A stretch of 64,000 nt of DNA from Cenococcum geophilum (lineage: Eukaryota). Positions 51,257 through 61,479 of the stretch are shown here, piece after piece. Every line of letters starts with the position of its first letter. Position 1 is the first letter of the stretch. A program made the position numbers and the translations under genes. The notes under the pieces were generated by a model. The model searched no databases. It was not told the DNA's origin and saw only the letters and a list, made by a program, of their open reading frames with translations. The stretch covers positions 16,926,001 through 16,990,000 of the forward strand of contig CP158635.1 of the NCBI GenBank assembly GCA_050273025.1. Direction: 5' to 3'.

Positions 51257-53429
51257 CTAGCTGCCGTTGTAGTGCCTCCCTAGGTAGAGAGGATGGAAGG
51301 AAGGGTAAAAAATAAGTGGTATTTAGGTGTATAAGGGGTATATAAAGACACGTAGAGGCTGCTAGGAATATAGTGGGGACCTAATAGCACTGTAGGCCGC
51401 TGTTAGAACGATTAAGATAACCAGGAAAATTAAAGTCCTACTAGGAGCCTGCTAGGAAGCCTGCTAGGAGCCCGCTAGGAAGCCTTTAGGATTTTAATAC
51501 CCTAATAGCAATAAACGTAATAATAGTAATAATGTTTATTTTATAGCTATAAGTTAGCATAATGCTAGCGTATAGCTCTAGGGCCTAGCTAATATGGTAA
51601 AAAGCTGGCGTAGAGCGCTAGGGGGCTAGCTAATATGGCGGAAAGCTAGCGTAGAGCTTTAGGGGGTCAGCTAATATGGCGGAGAGCTAGCCCTAGGCCC
51701 CAAAAACACTTTTAGCGAAACTAAATTTCATACGCCACCCCCCGTTTTCCTGACGCATATCAATAGAGAAAAGTCAGGTAGACGCTATTAGGAAATAGCC
51801 CTACCCTATAATATTTAGAGAAGTATAGGTTTTCTTAGGCACGGCGAACTTCTACTAAATATTCATTATTTACTACTTACAAGTAATACTCCCAATTACC
51901 GATCTACTAAAAGGATCTAAGAATGGCAGGAAGTTAGGACCCTTTATATTTAGGGAAGCTGCTAAGTAGGCTATAGACCAGTTAAAGGATTTATTTATAT
52001 CGGCGCCTATCCTAATATACTTCTACTAGGAGCTATATATATACCTTAAAACGGATATATCCGGCTTTGCCCTAGGGGCAATTATATCTTAATTAAAAGA
52101 CGGAAAATGGCATCCTATAGCGTTTTAGTTAAGGAAAATAACCCCTATAGAGCAGCGTTATATAACGCACAACTAGGAGCTGCTCGCGATAATCGCAGTA
52201 ATAAAGTATTAGCGACATTATTGTATGGGAAGCAATTATCCCATTAAAGTCCTTACAGACTATAACAACCTAGAATACTTTATAACTACGAAGGTGTTAA
52301 GCGGTCGATAAGCTAGGTGGGCAGAGGCACTATTATAGTACGATTTTAAGATTACGTACCGCCCAGGAAAGATAAATCCTGCTAATAGGTTATTAAGACG
52401 TCTAGATTACGAGATAGGGAGGATCTAGGACAGCATAGGGGAAATAATCCCTATATTGCAAAATTTGCTTAGGAAGAAAGAAGACTCTTTCCCTAGAACT
52501 ATAGAATTTCGCGGCAGGGCAGAGGTCCCGGCGATATAGCTACGAAGTAATATAATTATAGAGCCGCAGGATATAGTTATAGACTAGGTTATAGACCAAG
52601 CAGATATTACAAAGTTAGCGTACCCCAGAATTAGCGAGAATTCTACGGGATATGCTAGAGGTGTCGCGGCACCTTTAACTTAACGGCGTATTAGCTACGA
52701 GTTCTCGGATCTAAGGGGGATAGGCGAGATGCCTATCTATAGCGTGGCACACTGCATAACGGTAGGAGAATCTGCTAGCACTAATAGTTTAAAACGTCTC
52801 GTGCTACGCCTTAAGTCTATAATAGCGGCAGGCGAAATAGAAGCAAGCGATCTATATAAAACCTTTCTAGATCTTCTTCTTTAAGCTTAATAAAGGGACG
52901 CCTTCGCCTCTAGGGAGAGGTAGAAAGATATAGTGGAGACTAACTTGGCTAGAGTTACTAAGAAGCTATAGCAGCAAGACTAAAAGGGTTTATTGCGCTT
53001 TAAGGGTGCTATATATATCCTAAAGGACTAAGCAATTTAAGACGAAATTCTAAAGGTCTTCTATAACGACCCTTTTAGGGGTTACTATAGTGCCAATAGA
53101 ACCCTTAAGGCCGTTTAAAGAAAATAATTTTAGGACGGAATGTCTAAAGAGGTTAAGGACTATATATTAAGGTATAATACGTGCCAAAGGATATATATAT
53201 CTAGGCATCGCCTATACGGCGAGTTATTAGTGCTTCCTATTCTATAGGGACCCATATTAGAATTAACAATAGATTTTATTACAGGCTTACCCCCTACTAA
53301 GATAAGAACTAGAGAAGTTGCTAACGCTATCCTAGTAATTGTTAATAGGTATATAAAGTTTTCAGGATACTTTGCTGTTATAATAACGATCACAGCAGTA
53401 GAACTGGCAGACCTGTTTTTAGAACGGTG

Positions 53430-53644
53430 TGTGAGGGGATCTTGTAGACAGGGGGCTATAAGGACACGATTGGAACAAGATAGATTGGTAAGAGAGACGA
53501 ATCCTTGAGGAGGTAAGGCCTCTGGGATCGTGGAGACTATATACTACGGGCACGTGCCTCCGGCACGTGACCGGCGACCATCCAAGGGGCGTCCGGGGGT
53601 TGTCCTGAGGGCAACCCGAGGTGTCCGCAATAATATCCCTTACA
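53430..53644. mobile_element. Solo LTR (215 bp) inserted in Gypsy-C integrase
   Basis: TGTGAGGGGA...TCCCTTACA termini; 5-bp TSD CGGTG; the integrase frame (LADLFLERW-LSFG) is restored on removal. Confidence 0.88.
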
Positions 53645-56600
53645 CGGTGGCTCTCGTTTGGTATGCTAAGGGGAATTGTGTCTGACAGAGGCACCGTATT
53701 TAATAGTACATTTTGGTCTTCATTCTGTCTCTTATTGAAAATACGGCAAAGGATAAGCACTACCTTTTACCTGCAAATAGATAGGCAAATAGAGCATCTA
53801 AATGCGTTATTGGAACACTACCTCCGCTGCTATGTCAATTATTAACAGAATGATTAGACATTGTAGTTAGCTTTAGCGCAGCACGTATATAACACAAGTA
53901 TCTATAGCAGTATAAAAATAACCCCTTATAAAGCATTGTTTGGGGTAAAAGTAAATAACCCCTAGAATGTTAAGGACATCGTTCCTAAAAAAGAGGCACT
54001 AGCGGCGTCCGAAAGAATTAAGCAAATGAGAATTCGCAGAAAGGAACTCGAAAAGCACTTACTAGACGCCCAGGCTGTGTAAAAAAGGTACTATGACAAA
54101 AAATATATGCCGAAAGAATTCGAGATAGGAGATGAAGTCTTACTATCTATAAAAAATATCCGAATAAAACGTATTAAGAAGAAGCTGGATCACTAGTAGC
54201 TTAGACCCTTTAAGATAGTTAAGAAAACCAAAGAAAACTAAGCCTATAAATTAGAATTACCGAAATCTTATCTAATACATCCCATATTTTATATTTCCTT
54301 ACTAAAGCTATACTAGAGAAGAGATAGTACGGAACCACCCCTACCTAGCGAAATTAATAGGGAACTGGAATGGAATGTAGAAGACATTCTAGACTAAAGA
54401 TAGCGCTAGAAAAAGCGCGAATTTTTAGTTCATTAGGAAGGATACTCTTAGGCGCATAATAGTTAGAAATCTAAGGAGTACCTTTGGCCAGGATATAATA
54501 CCGTAATTAAAACCTTCCTAAGAACTAAAGGTAAAGACTTAGAAATGGTTCTAGATATGCCATAGGTAAAATAACAGGAAAGACCCTATAAATTAAAACT
54601 ATAGAATTAAGTATAGGTATTAAGAACGGAAACGTTTTGCTATTATAATAGGGATCCTAGAATTCTGTAAGAGGAAGCCTATAGGGATCTATAGGAGAAC
54701 TACTAAGGATACTATTTAAAGAAGACGCTATATAAGAAGGAGTAGTAGTACTATAAGAAGTGGCCTTAGGGATTTAGCAAGATCCCCTAGGGATAAAAGG
54801 AGAGTATCTGGCCTAGCACTAGAGATATATAGTAGAGTTAATAGTATAAAGAGGAGTAAAAGGACAGCCTATAAAGAATTAGAAATTTTAAGGAATTATA
54901 AGGCACCTATAGGAACACTACCCGTTTATTATATATGGGGATTATAGTAGTATACTGCATTTATATAGATTGTTACTAAAGCTTAGAATAAAGGCATCCC
55001 TAAAGTATAAAGTTAATTCCTAATAATAGGGCATTCTAGAGGCACCTAAGAGGTACTATATAAAGCTATTTTATAAGAAGAAAAGAGCTAGGTAATAACT
55101 TAAACACTAGCAGCAGTAATAGGAGCCTCCTCTTCTATCTTAATGTTATTATCGACGGTATTATTAGCTCCTCTATCCCTAGAAGCATTAGCACTTCTAC
55201 TAACATTCTTCTTAGAACGACGGGTACTAGAAGGACTAGCACAGGCGGGAGACTGGCGAGGAGAACGTTCATCTTAACCTTCGTTACTATCCTTAGTATC
55301 CCTAGGTTCCAAATCGGCGTCTAAGTAGAGATTAGAAAGATATTGGCTAAAGAAGTTAGCACAGTTCCCAAGCAAGTTACTAGAGAAACTTACCTAGCTA
55401 AAATAGCCCGCGTAAGAGTACGAATGTTATTATTAATAAGGACAAGCTATTTGTATATACGCTCCTAGACACTATATATCTAAGAACGTTGCGTCTTTAT
55501 AGTAGTGGAAACCCTTATAGAATTAAAGAGTCTATAAGCGAGGGAAGACACCTTTTATCCCCGCCTGTCACTATTAGGATATTAGCAGAAATCTTAGATG
55601 GCGCGTTAGAGCCTATAAGTCTTATATGCATAGATAGCGGGGATCTAGTATAATTAGCGAAATTTAGAATAGGATAGAATGGGAAATACTGGGATATAGG
55701 TCTTTCTCCTACTATAATAATAGGAGCACTTAGATTTATTTTTGCTGGAGTAAGGCATTTTATAGACGTGGGAAAGATCCTACGTAAGAGTATAAATATA
55801 GCGACAACAGCATTTTAGGGAAACTGCTATAGAAGTAACAGACGCTATCTAGGGCGTTACTAGGAGATTAATAATACTACCGCCGGTCTAGGGACCACGA
55901 GCTATTATAAGAGAATACTCTAAGAAGTTAGCATTATTATAAGAAGATAAGGTAGGGATCCTATTACTTATAAACGTATTATAAGAAGAGAATAAAGTAG
56001 CTATAAAAGAACAGCTAGAGATATAGAAGCTAAAAGCGAAGATATAGAGGAAACAGTCTGCTAAAAGATAAGACGAATAGTGTTATTAATAAAAAGACGC
56101 GTAAGAGGCAACAGCTTATAAACTAGAAGAAAATTAAAATAAAGACGTTATTATTAGAATCCATTTTAGGTAAATAGGGATAGTAGCTCGTAGATATATT
56201 GCATAGGATAACCTCTAGATTAACTTATAACAAACTCTTATAATAAGAAAGGTAAATCCTATCCAATTTTCATTATTATTATTTTAGTTCTATTACAAAG
56301 GCATTATAGGGAACTATAGTAGGAAAAGAGCAGAGGAACTAAGGATAAAGTAAGATTCTACGCTAGTGAAGAACTAGCTATAAGCCGTATTATAAAGTAC
56401 CTTTCTACTAAGAATTTCCCTAGTAGTTTTAGCCGGAACTTTATAAAAGCTTAGTAGAGGCGAAGTCTTGGAGGACTAAGACCCTTAAAGGGGAGGCAAT
56501 TATAACAGAATTCCCTAGAAGGTATATATCAGATAAGACAAAAGGAGGTCTTATCTATGTTCTAAAAGGAGGTCTTATCTATATTCCAAAAGGAGGTCTC

Positions 56601-56881
56601 ACCTATATTCCATCTACGTCCTAAAAGACACGGTTAGATAGATAAGGGGTAAAGGGTTTTACTAGCGTCTTAGAAAGATTATATAGGGAGCTAGTTCTCC
56701 TCTAGAGAAGAACTAGCAATTAGTCTCTAAATAGAAGTAGTTAGAAGCATTTATCCTTCAATACGTAAAACTTATTCTACCTTTAACTTACCTTCTATTT
56801 ACCTTCAACTTACCTTCTACTTACTGGTAACACTGTCGATTAGATAATTATACGTTCCGGTTAGGCTGGCCTCTTACAAAT

Positions 56882-57327
56882 TATAACGTGGCCCACCTCT
56901 ACGTCGCCATACGGCCAAAAAGACTAAGAGTGCTTGCGAACTTGTTGCAAGCGCGGCGGGACCTAATATATATACTCTTACAATTGCCCTCTTCTCTGCG
57001 CGCTCGTCCCCGAGCGCTCGCAGGGATTCCTCTATGCGCCCGTTTGGGCCTCTACAGGGATTAAACGCCAAGAGTATTACTATATTAGTTAGTCCCTAGT
57101 AATATAAGCAATCGGAATCTCTATTAACGCCTTATCGCACGGATGCGCGTTAGACTATACCAGAGCGAAGTAACCGATGGGGATTAAACCTACGACACCT
57201 GGCCCCAGTAAGTTCGCAAGCACAATTGTAACGTGGCCCGCCTCTACGTCGCCATACGGCCAAAAAGACTGAGAGTGCTTGCGAACTTGTTGTAAGCGCG
57301 GCGGGACCTAATATATATACTCTTATA
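56882..57327 (-). mobile_element. TRIM (miniature LTR retroelement), 101-bp LTRs with 244-bp non-coding interior
   Basis: LTRs 56882-56982 and 57227-57327; minus-strand PPT GAGAAGAGGGCAAT; PBS complementary to its own LTR. Confidence 0.9.
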
Positions 57328-58098
57328 AAGACCCTCCCCTACTAGTTAAAGTAGATAGTAAGAACGAGTACTTTATTAAAAAAAATTAATAATATTAAGT
57401 ATAATAAACGGAAACGCTAATATATATATCTTATAAAATAGAAAGGCTTTACTAAGTCCTTATGGGAACCTATTAACTCTATAGGACTTATATAAGCCAC
57501 AGAAGACTTTTATAAACTTTACCTAAAACTACTATAGCCCTATTTCGTAGAAGCTTAAGTTTAAAGGGGGGGTACTATTATAGGGCACCCCTATAATACC
57601 TTATATATATTTACCTATTTCCACTAATTTAGCAATTAGAGACCAACCGTAAAATAGCAATTTAATGGCAATCTAATGGCAATCTAACGGTAATTTACGG
57701 CATTCTATTAAGTTCTACTAGGACTATAACCTAAACCCTATTCTACCTATATATGTATTAACTAAGCAACTAAGTTAATAATATATGCCCTTTCTTCCCG
57801 TTTTCCTACCTTCTTTCCTTACGTAACGTCTTAACCTCCTTATATAGTTTATATATATAGCTTAATAATATCTACCTTGCTATATATTATCGTCGCTTAT
57901 ACTTACTCTATGACAATAAGCTTAATTGCTAGCTATTGACCGTGCTAAGTATATTGACGCGTGATAGTTTAAGACGTTTAATGCAGAACAGGAACAGGTT
58001 AGGAAACGTGGTCGAAGATATAGGGGTAGTAGTGGTACGTGCGTAGGTGTCACGGGACGAACGTACATGGGTAACTCCCGTGACATAAAGCCTCTATA

Positions 58099-58524
58099 AC
58101 GTAGTCGGCAAGCCTATGGGCCATGCAAGCCTGTGGGCCATATTAAAACCCCACTAAAAAATAGAAAACCCACACCTTAATCTTAACAACCACTAAGTAA
58201 TAAATTCTAATAATGTAGATTTAGACTTTTATATATAGTCTATAGCTTCTATTAAAGTTGCATTGTAAATAGTTTAGTAGTTTTTAAGATATTAAATTTT
58301 AGGGGCCAAAATAAAGCTATATTACTATATCTCAAAAACTACTAAACTATGTACAATATAACTTTAATAGAAGCTATAGAGTATATATCAAAGTCTAAAT
58401 CTAAATTATTAGAATTTATTACTTAGTGGTTGTTAAGATATTAAAGTATAAATTTTCTATTTTTTTTAGTGGGGTTTTGATGTGGCCCACAGGCTTGCAT
58501 GGCCCATAGGCTTGCCGACTACGT
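58099..58524. mobile_element. Palindromic MITE (Tc1/mariner-pogo/Fot1-like ends)
   Basis: ACGTAGTCGGCAAGCC... / ...GGCTTGCCGACTACGT with TA on both sides; arms of ~190 bp around a short loop. Confidence 0.9.
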
Positions 58525-59256
58525 TAATACGGTTAACGATAAGGCAATTAAGACTTTAAATTAAAGATAAGGTAGTAGATAGCTCGGGCTTATAACTATC
58601 GTACGGATAAGTTATTAAGGAGAATTCTATTCCATTATAAGAGGCTCTAGAGCCTCACTATATATACTAAATAGATGGCAAAAGGCTAACGACGACGATC
58701 TATAATTGCCACCATGGACGTCGCTACTTAGTTGGTATAGGTAATAGAAATAGGTAATAGAAATAAGAGTAAGACATACGATGGCAAGAAATAGGGTTGT
58801 GAGTCATAAGGTGGTGTACCTGACAGTGACCTCGACTGTCGACATGTTGCGCTACATTCTAGAACTTTTCACTCCACATCTTGTGCCTTTGAAACGTGGC
58901 AAAGCAATTGGGCATTTGATTCTCTGCGAAAGCTGTGTCGTGATTATTCTTTATTCTTGCTTCTCCTTTCTTAGGTTGAAGACGTGTGGCGAAGAATTTA
59001 GTTGGTGAAGAAGCGCCAGGATTTTCACGTGCCTCACGGCGTCATGGCCAATCAGCCTCAAGAGTCATGTGCTGCGCCCTCTGCCTCCCAAAATAACATC
59101 ACAAAAAGTATGATAGATCTGTCATCCGTCGCGCTATATGAAAGGTGGCATATCTTTCACAGTAGTTCATTCTCCGCTTCACACAAGTTTCGTACCTAAT
59201 AACTCCAAACGGTCGTTTCAACTCCCACTATCAAACAATTTTCGACCTCTATCATC

Positions 59257-59853
59257 ATGTACTACTTACTAGCGCTTATCTTTATGGTGCTCCTCGGTCT
59301 AGCCACCACCCACCCTACCTTATCCTCTCTATCATCTTCCGTGAGCATAAGGGACGATAGTGGGAAGATCCAGACGGAGGTAAGCCTATTCACATTTCTG
59401 CAGGTGAACTTCTAACCTTTTTAAAAAGTTCTTAACTTGGACTGGAGTCAACAACACCGGCCAACTGCTTGGTATTATAAAAAACCCGGGAGACTGTCAA
59501 GCCTATGACTTCACCAATATCAAATCAGTGAAGGGGTCAATTCTGATGGAAGATGGTCAAGGGGGCACAACCGAAATAATACCAACGTCTTCCCAGTGGC
59601 TTAAGTGCGAATTGCATACGTACGGTTCTCCCTTCTTTTTCTTTTTGGTTGAGTTTTAACTGATTGGCCGCCGTATAGAGATGTTAACTGCCAGTGGGAT
59701 GGTGTTCAGAACTGCAATATTATCGAATCCGTGGACGAGCATGATGGAGGAGATCTGCAGCAGCTTTGCGTCCATACGACTTTAGAAAACACCGGTAGCA
59801 TAAATGATCTGTCACAGCTAAAGGCGTTTCGGTGTGTAGTCATGCCTCCTTAA
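59257..59853 (+). CDS. Small secreted Cys-rich protein (162 aa, 3 exons: 59257-59379, 59429-59619, 59679-59853), effector-like
   Basis: Hydrophobic N-terminus MYYLLALIFMVLLGLATT; GT-AG introns (GTAAGC..CTAAC..AAG; GTACGG..TAG) join an open frame with 6 Cys, ending ...KAFRCVVMPP*. Confidence 0.8.
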
Positions 59854-60175
59854 TTACTTTCCAAGTGTGTCATAAATAGACACATGGACTGCTGAGGGGA
59901 TGTGTGATTCGAGGGGACTGAAATGAGGGATAAGGGAACACAACGAGGGGGTGACTAGAGGAAATCATAACTTTTCTATTCCGGAGCCCAAGAAATTCTT
60001 TCCTGTAGTGAGCTACGAAGATCCATACGCACCCAACTCCATCAATCGTTCCATCAGCCGATCGTGACATTCATAGAACTATCCCATCACATCACTCATA
60101 ATCGTGCTTCGAAACCTACAATCAGCTATAGCCCCTTTGTAATTTCCTACCGCCATCACAAGCCAGAGCCGTTCG

Positions 60176-61168
60176 CTAATAGCTCCTTCCGAACATAATC
60201 CAAGACTTCGCTAGGTCGGATTCACGCACTTGGTCTCGCCCTGTACGAGACCCTCAGGCCGCTCAAACGGAATGCAAAGACTCTTGGCACCCATAGCCGG
60301 GGCCCCCGCATCCTCTGCGGTATTGCCACCCTCTTCCTTCTGCGCACTCGTCTCCTTAATCTCATCCTCACACTTCCCACCTTCGTAGTGCGGAACTAGG
60401 ACGACGTTCTTGCCGTTTAGCGTTGGGACAAAGCCTTTCCAATCCGTGACCTAAACTCTATGCGCGCGATAGGCATCGTCTGCCTTCTTGAACATGTTAG
60501 CCTGGATGTTGTCTAGGGCAGGAATGGCATCTTTGAACTCGGAGATGGGAGACTCGCCTCTCGCCTCGTCCTTGTTGTCGATGTGCCAGAGAAACTCGCA
60601 AGAACGGATGAAAGGCCATTGTTCCATTAGTTCAGTTTGTGAGGAAGGTCGCGATGGGAGCGGATCTTGTCGACATGGCAGTTTCGGAGATCGGACGGAC
60701 TGCTACAGGCTTCTCGAGGTCACTCTTGCCGCTGAAATAACGGTCAATGCTACTGCATATATTATTTGGGGTATTGGTGATTTACGACTCACCCCCTGTA
60801 ACCCACGCGACCTCTGCCGCAAACCCCTCGACATGGTCCTTCTCCCTCTGTAGATTGTCTGCCGATATGAAAGTAAGGAAATGGCAATTCCTGATTTTCA
60901 GCGCCTTTATCTAGGTATCGAACCAAGATTTGATAGCTTCCCAGATGGCGTACGAGAAGGGCTCAAGAATGTAGCAGCCAGCCACGTCGTAGTAGCTAAT
61001 CGTTTCCCTTAGTGATGGCCTGCTAGTACCACTCGCCCAGGTCCACCTCTTTACTCACATCAATTCTAATTAAGGCAGTGCCCTCCATCTTCTTTTTCTA
61101 CTTCTTCGGAGCCATTCTTGGCTTGCCTGTATCTTTTTGCTGGGCGGTTTCGAAGAGAGATCTTTCAT
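60176..61168 (-). pseudogene. Cytoplasmic prolyl-tRNA synthetase pseudogene, internally deleted
   Basis: Minus-strand fragments [62 protein letters not shown]; several in-frame stops and frameshifts; central region missing. Confidence 0.88.
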
Positions 61169-61479
61169 TTTGCCGTCTGCGCCAGCTATGGTGGGGGGTT
61201 ATATGAGACTTCTTAAATAAATAAGTATGAGTCGAGGAAAATTGCTGTGCGAGTATTTATCGCAAGCATAGCTGAGTCGCGTCACAAATAGTGTGTCAAC
61301 ACCGCGAAACCATCCTTGGAGGGGTCTTTGCCAAGATGGCGGGGCCTGCTTTTTTTGGTCGGGTAAGTGTCTGTGCGCGTTGAATAGTTCAGCCGATCCG
61401 GGAAAGCTTCGCGTGGGAATTTCTGAAGAGCGCGTTCGGGAGAGGCAGCAGACCGGTATACACTGCACTACCCAGCATT

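Larger units (their letters stand above)
50035..51755. mobile_element. Non-autonomous TIR element (CMC/CACTA-like, tentative) inserted in Gypsy-C RT
   Basis: Perfect 12-bp TIR CGTCAGGAAAAC / GTTTTCCTGACG; the RT frame resumes after it; flanks AAT / CAT fit an imperfect 3-bp TSD. Confidence 0.8.
47126..56878 (+). mobile_element. Gypsy-C, full-length chromovirus
   Basis: LTRs 47126-47525 and 56501-56878 (differ by one 22-bp repeat); PPT AAAGGGGAGGCAAT; gag knuckle ~48640; protease IDSGA ~48845; RT (MPFRLTNA...), RNaseH, integrase (GIVSDRG), chromodomain ~54350-54520. Confidence 0.94.
32701..57915 (+). mobile_element. Gypsy-A copy 2, full-length chromovirus carrying several nested insertions
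   Basis: 5' LTR 32701-32883 plus 40926-41090; 3' LTR 57576-57915; TSD ATAAG (32696-32700, 57916-57920); gag ~41100-42310; pol to 47125 and 57333-57563; PPT AAAGGGGGGGTAC. Confidence 0.93.

Noticed and set aside
682..57575. Stop-codon reassignment to explain frequent TAA/TAG in pol genes
   Set aside because: The stops fall at CAA/CAG/TGG positions as RIP predicts, differ between copies, and host genes use the standard code.
59460..59490. Apparent frameshift in the secreted-protein gene
   Set aside because: Recounting the A-run (6 A) shows exon 2 is in frame.
60488..60853. 121-aa plus-strand ORF
   Set aside because: Antisense shadow of the ProRS pseudogene.
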